A stretch of DNA of 63,503 nucleotides, filler included, from Conidiobolus incongruus B7586 (lineage: Eukaryota), in the NCBI GenBank assembly GCA_000697335.1. It is 11 parts of 11 records of this genome, joined end to end, with 100 filler letters (N's around TTAATTAATTAA, not from the genome) between each part and the next. Parts side by side here need not be neighbours in the genome. Positions count along the whole stretch, not along the records: positions 54,057 to 63,503 come from JNEM01006648.1; 10 more parts are not named here. One strand, given 5' to 3'. The notes beneath the pieces are model-generated. The model ran no database searches and was not told the DNA's origin. It saw only the letters and a program-made list of their open reading frames with translations. Of the stretch, positions 54,057-63,503 are shown one piece after another; position 1 is the first letter of the stretch, and every line of letters starts with the position of its first letter. A program made the translations under genes and the position numbers.

Positions 54057-55312
54057 ATTTTCATATATAATATATAATATAGATATATAATATAAATTTA
54101 ATATTTCTTTTATTATTAATAACTTTTTGTTATATTTTTAGCAAAGATTTAATACCTAAAAAATAATTCTTTTTATTAAAGACTAAAATTTGATATTTTA
54201 CAAACTAATTAAATTTTTATATAAATATTTTGTTTTTTATAAGCTAGTTTTTTAATTACCTAAAGCAATTATAATTATATAAGGTATAATCTAAAGAATA
54301 TACCAGATATAGTAGTTTTTTCTAGTTATTTTTAATTTGAAAGTTTTTTATAACTTTAGATTTATATATTTTATTATTATTATATAAAATAATAAGTCTG
54401 CTTATATTATATAAAAGATACTGATTAAAAATACTTTTATTTAAAAAAGTAAAATAAAGTATATTATTGATAAATTTTCCTTTAAAAACTAAATAAAAAT
54501 AGTATATACTATGATAATCTATTATAATAATTAATATTCACTTATTAATAAAATACTTATTTAAAAAGATTTATAAAAAAGATTAATTTAATTTAATTTA
54601 ACATTTTGATTTATGTTTTAATAAAAGATTATATATAAAGATTTAAGATTTATCAATTACAATTATATACTATAAAAGTTTAAGCTTCTAGTAATATTTT
54701 AGTAAGTTTTGTCTAATAATAATTACTCTAGCTTTTTTAAGCTTTAGTTAAATTATAAGGTACTTATTTTATATTTTTATTTATTAATTTGAGTTTAAAC
54801 TTTAATATATATAAAATACTTATATAACTAATATTAAAGTGTCTTGATAATTCTTTAGCTGAAATAAGAAAGTATTTTTCAATATGTTTTTTTACTTTAT
54901 TAATAATTAAAAGAGTAATAGTTGAAATTAATCTTTTAGATTTTGGTGGGTTTTGGGTAGTTTCTCTTTTAACCTTAAAGTAATTTACCCAGTGATAAAT
55001 TATTGATTTAGATAGTATTTTATTATTATAAGCTATTTATAAATTTTAAATAATTTTAAAGAGCTTATAGTTAAGTTTTATTAATATTAAAATAAAAGAC
55101 TTTTAATGATAATTATTTAGCTTAAATATAATTAAATTAAACAACTAATTTTAAAAATTTAATTTTTTAATCAAAAAAACTATTATATATATATATATAT
55201 TAAAAATATATAATTTCCTATTAACTTTGTTTTTATTTATTTATTTCAAACTAATAATATATTTGAAAAATTAGAAATTAAAAAATTTCCCATTATTTCA
55301 AATTTAAGTTAA
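54057..55312 (-). mobile_element. Hypermutated mariner (DD34D), nearly full length
   Basis: Reverse complement of 26479-28010; motif LLYLVYSLDYTLYNYNCF; terminus followed by TA at 55313-55314. Confidence 0.9.
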
Positions 55313-57387
55313 TATTTTGATATTTTGATATTTGGATTGATTAGCAAGAAATTAAGAATTATTAAAGAGTTTGATATTATTTTGTCTGATAATATGTTAA
55401 TAATTAACTCATTCAGATTTGTAACCAATAATCAATATTTTAGAATACAAACAGTAAAATTAATAACCTGATAAAAACACTGTTTATTATACCAAAGTAT
55501 TATTCTTAATGTTATAATTAGACTGTAATATTTCACTTTTAATATAAATTATAATAAATTTATTAGAAATGAGAATCAATACATTAATAACAATATACTA
55601 AATTAAAAAAGTATTTTATTAACATAAATACTATAAAATATATAAGTAATATATTGAATATAAAATTAGTTTAATCAAACCAGAGTTCATTAAATATCAA
55701 AATTTTTAATTAAAATTTGATAAGACTTCAAAATGATTTTAAAACTGGTAATATATTATTACAATTTTGGGGCAGAGTAATATTAAACCATCATTATAAC
55801 TTTATTTTGTTAATATAACTTCAAAAGTCATTTTATTCGTAAAAGTAAACCCTAACTGCACCCTATACAAAGAGATTTTACTTTCCTTCGGGCAATTATA
55901 AGGGCTAAGTAGATCTTTTAATTGCAAGGACACCACTTGCATTTATAGACTGCTATGAGGATATTCTATTAAGATAAAATACATAAAAAATATTAATTTT
56001 TGATATTTTTATAATATATGAAATATCTGTAGTTTATATTATTAGATTACATTTAATTAAATTCTTGATTTGTGTTATAATTATTCAATATTTATTGATT
56101 TATTTTTGTTAATTAATCTTATGTTACAAAATATTATTGATTGTTTCTTCGATATCCTGTTTCATAATAATTATTACAACGACTCGATAATAATATAATC
56201 ATACTCGGGGTATATAAAGTATAGTGGTATATCAGCTAAATGCTGTTATTTATACTATAAAGTTTCATCAATTGAATCAAAAGGTGCTTTGCAATGACAA
56301 TAAATTAGGTACGAATGTGAATAATTTGAAAAAAGCTTAATGTGTGTCTGCAGTGAAATGTGTAATCGTGATTATCGTTTTAATTATTAATGGAGAATTA
56401 TTTCAAATATTAAAAGAATATTTTATTCAAAAACAATTTGATTGATTTTACCTAATAATTAAGGTAGATATTTAGTTGAATATTCGAATCATTTAATGCA
56501 TAAGCGATTGGTTTCATTTAAATCTAAATGTAAACCAATACCTCTTATATTTGATAATAAGTTATTAATATCTTATTTAGAATAAAATATTGATATAAAA
56601 TTCTTGTAATTATTGATATTGAAAATTTCCTAATTTAGATTAGAAAATAAAATTTAAAATTATTTTAATCACCTCATATATAATTAACAATTTTAAATTA
56701 AGATTGAGAACTGATTTGACATTATATCAATAAATCCCCTATAATATACAAAATATTATCGTAAAGACATTATGATATTACAAGAAATAACTAGGTGAAT
56801 TTGATTAATTTTACAAGTTCAAGTTTTTACTTTGACTCAAATATTATTATGTGTTTAAGTTTCAATTAATCAAATCTGAAATTTATAAATATTAACTATT
56901 TGGTTTCTTAATTCAAATAGCTAAGAGGAAGAGGTGTAATATTTTGTATCAGAGTATATCTTTCTAAAACAATATATCTCCTTATTCAAAAATTTAATAT
57001 AATTTGATTAAATTCCAATTTTTAAAGTAATAAAAAATCATATGAAAATGAAAAAAATTTACATCATAATTATAATAAGTATATATACTATTCCGTCATT
57101 ATAATAGCATATCAATTATATTATATTATCCTTTGAAAATATTATTTCGATTAACAAATTGTTAAACTAATATCAAAATCAAAAAAAATATTAGTTATTT
57201 GAGCATTAAACACTAATCATTCAATAATCAACTATTTTCTCCACAATTTGATTCACCCTACCATAATCCCATAAAAATCCAAATTATCGATTTAAAATAA
57301 ATCAAAACAGTGACAAGTCCCTGAATCTTAATTATTAATTTTTTATAAATTAATTATTATACAAATTGAAAAAAAATATAAAAAATA

Positions 57388-60300
57388 ATGTCAAGTAGTG
57401 ATAGATATAGTTCAAGTGATAATATGGAAATCAACGAAACTCAAATCCCAACGAATTCTCAGGAACATAATGAGGGTATAGAAAAAATCATTACACCTCA
57501 ACTACTGTCGAGATTAAAACAAAGCTTGACACAGAGGTACGAAGATCAAGAAACTGAGCTAGATCCTTTCCAAACTCCTTTGTTCAATTTTCAGGTTGAC
57601 TACACTCCTCCACATAGCATAACTTCTCAAACTCAAAAAGACAGTGAACTGACATTTCTAATTGACGATTATTTACCCAGTTCGTTCGTAAAAAATTGTA
57701 TTGTAATACCTACTGATTCCTTGGAGATGAAGTACTTGTTATTGAACAAAGTAACAGGTCTAGAACTCGTCAAAATCTCTTTCAGTCCAGGTATTCACTC
57801 CGAAATAGAAACTGACGACGAAGACGAAGCCGAGGATACTAACGAAGTATCTGAATCCAGCTTGGATGCTAGTATTGAGGATACCATAAATTTCTCATTG
57901 GAAACTTTAACAGAATTTAACAGCATGACTAATTTGGCAGAGTTACAACTGTTGAGAGCGTCACAAACCCTCATGGAGTTTGCAATCTTGTCTGAATCCA
58001 ATTATATTTTCATAATGAGTTTGAATTTAAAGGATTTTGAAATTAATATTACTTCAAAGGTAGCTTTAACAAAGGTCAATTGATTAGTTATTAATCTTGA
58101 AAAATTAGTTGAATTTAAATATTATGGAACCTCCATTGAGGTTGGATACTTTTGATTTAGATATGAAGCCAAATAACCAGTTTTTGATGAAACATTTAAC
58201 AGTTCATCAGAGGTAGCTATGCTATATCACACTTCTACTTAATACTAATCCCAATTAGTGGTGAATTTGTCGCATGCTCGTCTTGGCTGGATAAAGTAAA
58301 ACTAATTCAATATTCCCAAAATGATGAAGAACCTTTAAAACAAGTAAGTTTTCTAACTGCAAAATTTTAGCATTTATTAATATTTCAAAGACGTTGGAAT
58401 TCTCTTTAGAAGGAATAATTCTGAGCGTGAGATTTTTAAATTTGACTGAACTATATCTAGTATTAATATTAATTGAGTAATCGTCGTTAAATCACAAATT
58501 AAATCAAATAACTAATTCTCTTGTAGTGATATGGATCAATCCCTAAACCTCGTATTCTTTCAAATTTCAGAAAATCAAATCTTACACGTTCACAGATTCC
58601 AATTGTATAGTGTAGCGTCTCCAAATGCTCCATTGCCATTACATCTAATTACACTCCAAACATTCCCCGACATTGCGGTAGTATTCACGGAGTCCGCACT
58701 GTACCTCAGTAGGGTTGGCGGTTTAATGACCACCAAGGGTGACGTCAAACCATATATGAAATTCGATTTACCAAAGGATTCCAATACCGGTAAATGTCCT
58801 TTAATATCCTCATTGTGTGAAGTTCCATCCAATTCCAAAGTATGTTCGATATATTTAACGAGTGACGAAGGTCAACTCTATCTCCTCAAAATCAAACGCA
58901 GCCCCAATCCGAGACAGTCTCTCTCAATTAGCTGGGTCAATTTGTGTAAATTGGGATCGTCCATTGTAGCTCCCCTAACAATTGTCAAATCCACCCAATC
59001 CCATTGGGATTTAGTGAGCTTCCAAGGGGATATGGGTACTTTTGGGGGTTTAATATGGGTCAATCGCAACACGCACCAAACTTCAATGCCCCAGAATGGT
59101 GATCAATGCGGGGAAGGTTTCACGAAATGGTTGAGCCGTCACCCCTTAATCGGTCTCCAGCAATTGGATTCCAATCTCGTACTCACCAGTGGCGGAAGTC
59201 TTCTCCCCGCAATGAGCATTGCATCCCGCGGCCATTTGATCACAGATTTGGTCACTTTGGATCTTTTACACTCTCCCAAACTGAGTAAGATTTGTGCACT
59301 GAACAAAACTGGAGATAGATTCGTATTGGGTTTGATTTATAATGGTGATTTGAAAATTGTAGAATTTAATTCCAATATTATTAAGGATATTACTAATAAT
59401 TTGGAGTTGAGTAATGTTGTCGACGTTTACTTTTTGGAAGAATTTAATCATTTTATTATTGTTCAATCTAATGGCATTTTGCTATATGATCATACTCATA
59501 GTTTCTCAAAATCATTTATGGAAATTGGTGGTATCTTACTAATGAGTTCCTACTTCAATAATCAATTGGCAGTTATTTATAAGCAACAATCCTCCAACCA
59601 AATCCAACTCAATATATACACCTCAGATCCCAGCAATTCCAACCTTACGCAATTCGGCCAATTCTCTCAGAATTGTGAACCAAGTTCCCTCCACTGCTTC
59701 ACAACTTCAACCGGTGACGAATTCATAGCTATCGGCACATTCGACGGCCACCTCACAATCTATTCCAAATTTCAACAACAGCCAATATGGCAATATCAAA
59801 CCCAGATCCAATTGGACAACATTCCCCACAGCATTAGTCACCTCCATGAAACTTTGGTGGTGGGCTTAAGATCTGGTCAACTCCTCAAACTTTCTCTACA
59901 AAATTTTGAAATAGTATCAACAGATAAAATTGGAACCTTGCCAGTGACCGTTTTGGAACACATTGAACCTAACCAGGTGATAGTTTGGTCCAATTCTGGT
60001 TATTTACTTATACAAAATGATGGTGATATGAAATTCACGAATCTGTTACTCTCCCCTCGCAATACCAGTCATCCTTCCATTTTAGCAAATTTGACTACCA
60101 CAAACAGTGATAAAATCGATCTCATTGTTGGAATGGATCATGGACTGTACAAAATTCAATTCGAATCCAAATTCACCAAAAGCTTACAAAGTGTGGATTG
60201 GCATTGCGATAATGGGAAGTTTATTACATCGTTACAGTGGTCGGATATATACTTCAATTCAACTCGAAAAACCCTAACCCTCGCTGGTGATCTTTCCCAC

Positions 60301-61248
60301 ACGTTCCAATTTGACACCAGTATCTTGAGTGTAGATTGCCATACTGTCTACAAATTGGAACTCACCGCTTCGTTAGTGATCCTTTGTGGTAAACGATCCC
60401 CCACAACTGACATACAGTATAGGGGATATTTGACAATTTTGTACTGTACACCCAATCACGGCATTGTAAAGCTACTCTACCGCAATACCAGAGATCCTGC
60501 AGTAAATTTGCTGCAATTAAAAGGGAATTCTAACGCTTTCATAATGATCTCTCACCATTTCGTAGCGATTTTCGAATTTTTATTTGATGGTACCGAATTA
60601 ACAACGATTAAGCGATGCGTGTACCCAACACATGCAAGACTCGTCAATGGTAAATTCCTCAAAGACGATACTTTAGTAATTGCTACCGATCGTCAAGGTC
60701 TCTTAACATTCTCTGTGGATCTAATCAAGTTTAAACTCTCACTATCCCCCACTATCAATGTGCCGAAAGGTCTTAAGAAATTCGAAATTTTACCCCAATT
60801 CAATTACGTCGTAGGTCTTAATAAATTAGGACAACCTATTGCCACATCGTTAAACTCAACCACCTGGCAATTTCATGCTAATCGAGGTGCTATTTGTACC
60901 GAGATAGTGCCAGTAACACCCATTCATGGTGCTTTCGACACTCAATGCTACCTCTTACCCACCTTACTCGGATCAGTAATAAGGTTGGTCCCGCTGCAGT
61001 TGGAACCCCAAATTATCGAATTATTGATCACATTCCAAAATGAGATTTTAAAGCATCCCAAATTCCCCCCATTATTCTATAGCAATGGAGACTTTAACGC
61101 AAATGGAACTGTCTTAGACGGTAGGATATTAAGACATGGTATGGAGTGTTGGAAATTGGATCATTATCGAAAGGAAATACATCATCCCACATTGGTTCCA
61201 GTGATTGATTCGGTATTGGAGGTCTTGAAAAAGTTGATTCCATATTAA
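57388..61248 (+). CDS. DDB1/Mms1/Rse1/CPSF160-superfamily triple beta-propeller protein (divergent, Mms1-like), 5 exons (57388-58059, 58109-58212, 58259-58343, 58391-58476, 58527-61248), ~1222 aa
   Basis: Four 46-50 nt GT..AG introns join the two ORFs in frame. Family-like motifs LPSSFVKNC..LLLNKVTGLEL, LTVHQSGEFVACSS, EPSSL..FIAIGTFDG, IPHSI..LVVGLRSGQL..IGTLPV and C-terminal VLDGRIL. The gene model is solid; the subfamily is inferred. Confidence 0.75.
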
Positions 61249-62709
61249 TTTTTAAATTTGAATTTTTAAAAAACTTTGATTAAATATTGATTTGGATTGA
61301 AAACAATTGATTAATAATATGTTATCCTTTTTCTGGTGTTGAAATTTAAAAACATTTCAATATAAAAATATATGATTTGAAACTATTAATCTATGGATTT
61401 TTCAACCATCATTTATTATCAACTCAATTCAATTTCAAGATATTTCTTAATCATTGATTATAATTACTAGGATAGTAGATTGAAATCCAAATTCAATGCT
61501 TAGATATATAATAATTCTACTATACTATTAAAATTTATAGTTACAAGGATTTTAATTTTAATATTTGAATGAATACTTGGTTAATAAATTATTCAAATCC
61601 TGGTGAATGATTTGAGGATTTTGATGTTGATTATAATAATATTTTAGATCTAATCTTAAAGCAACTTCATCAATTCTAAATATATAGACCATTTTACCTT
61701 GAAAATTAAATATTTGATTAATGTTATTCCTTGGGGATTGAAACTAGTTTTATGATCCATTAATCTATATTTTTAAATTATTATTAATATTCGTTATTAT
61801 CATAAAAACTATGGTATAAAACGCTTATTTTTAAGGATGAATTGTTATATCAATCATGAATTGGATGTCAATATTTGAAATATTTTATGTTTCGAATTTT
61901 AGAATGAATTATTATACTTAAAATTTTTCAATTTTATATACGATATATATTAGCCAAAATTATTGTTAGATTGAAATTGACTTGTGTATATTTTTGAAAT
62001 TGATATGAATTATTAGTAATTCGATGTATTAATATTGTCTCAAAATGACTGACTTGTGAATAAAGTATAAAACTTATAGATAATTATAACTGTTTTTATT
62101 TTATCAAAATTTGTTCAAACATGAGATGGCACATATATATTTTATTTATATCAGGTGATAATTTGTTGAAACTTTATGAGATTAGGAGATCGCAAGTGTA
62201 TTGATCATGTATTATTAATTGAAATATATATCAATGTATAATCAAAACTTCTTGATAAATCTGTTATCAAATATATATATGCATATTGAATGATATAAGA
62301 ATATTTATTATATTGAAATATTTTAATATCAATTATGAATTAGCTTACAAACTATTGTTAATTTATAAAAAAAATATTGATGATAAATGATTTCAATATA
62401 ATTTTTATTTTAAATATAAAAATAAATAATATTAAAACATGATTATACATTATCAGTAAATGTCATTAAATAATTTTATATTATCAAATGGTATTTTGCT
62501 CTTTATTCTCAAGTTTAGTAATCATAACATATTCCAGTATTATTTCTTATATTAATTACAAAAAAACTCAACATTTATTTATAATTTTACTAAAGTAATG
62601 AAAACCTATATTTAGTATGATCTATTCATATTATGAGAATATAAAGAGAATTATTGTATGATAAAAAAATAAAATAATAAAAAATAATTTATTTTATGAT
62701 AGATTATTA

Positions 62710-63503
62710 TTAATATAGAAATTTAGTAATGGTATAATTTTAAAATTATAATTAAATAGATATATTAAATAATAATATATGAAATTTAATAAATAATATA
62801 TAATTAATATTTTTTTTATTATCAAAAACTCTTTTGTATATATTTAACAAGCTTTTAATAATTAAAAAGTAGTTTTTTAATTAAGTTTAAAGTTTGACAT
62901 TTTATAAATCAAATTAATTTATTTATAAGAATTTCTTTCCTATAAACTAATTTTTTTATTATCTAAACCAATTATAATCATATAAGTTATAATTAAGTAA
63001 ATATATTAAATATAATAATCCTGTTTAATTTTTTTATATAAAAAAATCTTTTATAGCTTTAACTTTATATATTTTATAATTATTATTCAAAAAATAGGTA
63101 TTTTTAATTTATATTAAATATATCATTTAAAAATTACATTATTTTAAAAAGGAATATAAAGTTTACTATTAATTAATTTTCTTTGAAGTTTTAAATAAAA
63201 AACCATATATCATTATAATTTATTATAATAATTAAAATTTATTTTTATTTATAATATTTATTTATTAAAATTTATAAAAAAGATTAATTTAGCTTAATTT
63301 AACATCTTGTTTTATTTTATTATAAAGGTTATAAAAATGAATTTAAAATTTATAATTATAAATATTTTTTGTAAAACTTTTGTTTTTGGTTATATTTTAA
63401 TAATTTTAGCTTAGCTATAACTATTTTAATTATTTTTAAGTTTTAATTAAATTATAAAATATTTTTATTATATTTTTATTAATAAATTTAAATTTAAATT
63501 TAA
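62710..63503 (-). mobile_element. Hypermutated mariner 3' half (cut by the window end)
   Basis: 62960-63130 (accaattataatcatataagttataatt...ttttatagctttaacttt) is colinear with 54260-54420; TIR-like start after TA at 62708-62709. Confidence 0.8.

Noticed and set aside
1..63503. CRISPR arrays, tRNA/rRNA genes, prokaryotic operons or an alternative genetic code explaining the stop-rich transposon frames
   Set aside because: None seen. Genes splice and translate cleanly with the standard code, and the TE stops occur at different positions in different copies, indicating mutation rather than recoding.

Overview
Very AT-rich eukaryotic genomic DNA, most likely fungal, with short (~45-55 nt) GT-AG introns. 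An Rrm4-like gene and an AA11 LPMO with a Cys-rich tail suggest a non-ascomycete, possibly early-diverging lineage (inference). The scaffold has ten artificial 100-nt N44-TTAATTAATTAA-N44 linkers. Seven intact genes: RACK1 (hosting an intronic U24/snR24 C/D snoRNA), NDUFA12, an Rrm4-like 3xRRM + 2xMLLE protein, a secreted AA11 LPMO, two divergently oriented Aro8-type aminotransferases (plus a third, pseudogenised copy) and a DDB1/Mms1-family beta-propeller protein. Between them lies a nested transposon graveyard invisible to the ORF track: three copies of a chromodomain Ty3/gypsy element (one complete, with a 5-bp TSD), several DD34E Tc1 copies with long IR/DR termini, several DD34D mariner copies and putative solo LTRs. 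The strongest signal is that the long repeats are almost all destroyed by directional C->T/G->A transitions on both strands (CpA/TpG-biased, CpG apparently absent), while genes, short solo LTRs and one young mariner fragment are spared. This looks like RIP-like repeat-induced hypermutation in what appears to be a non-ascomycete fungus.
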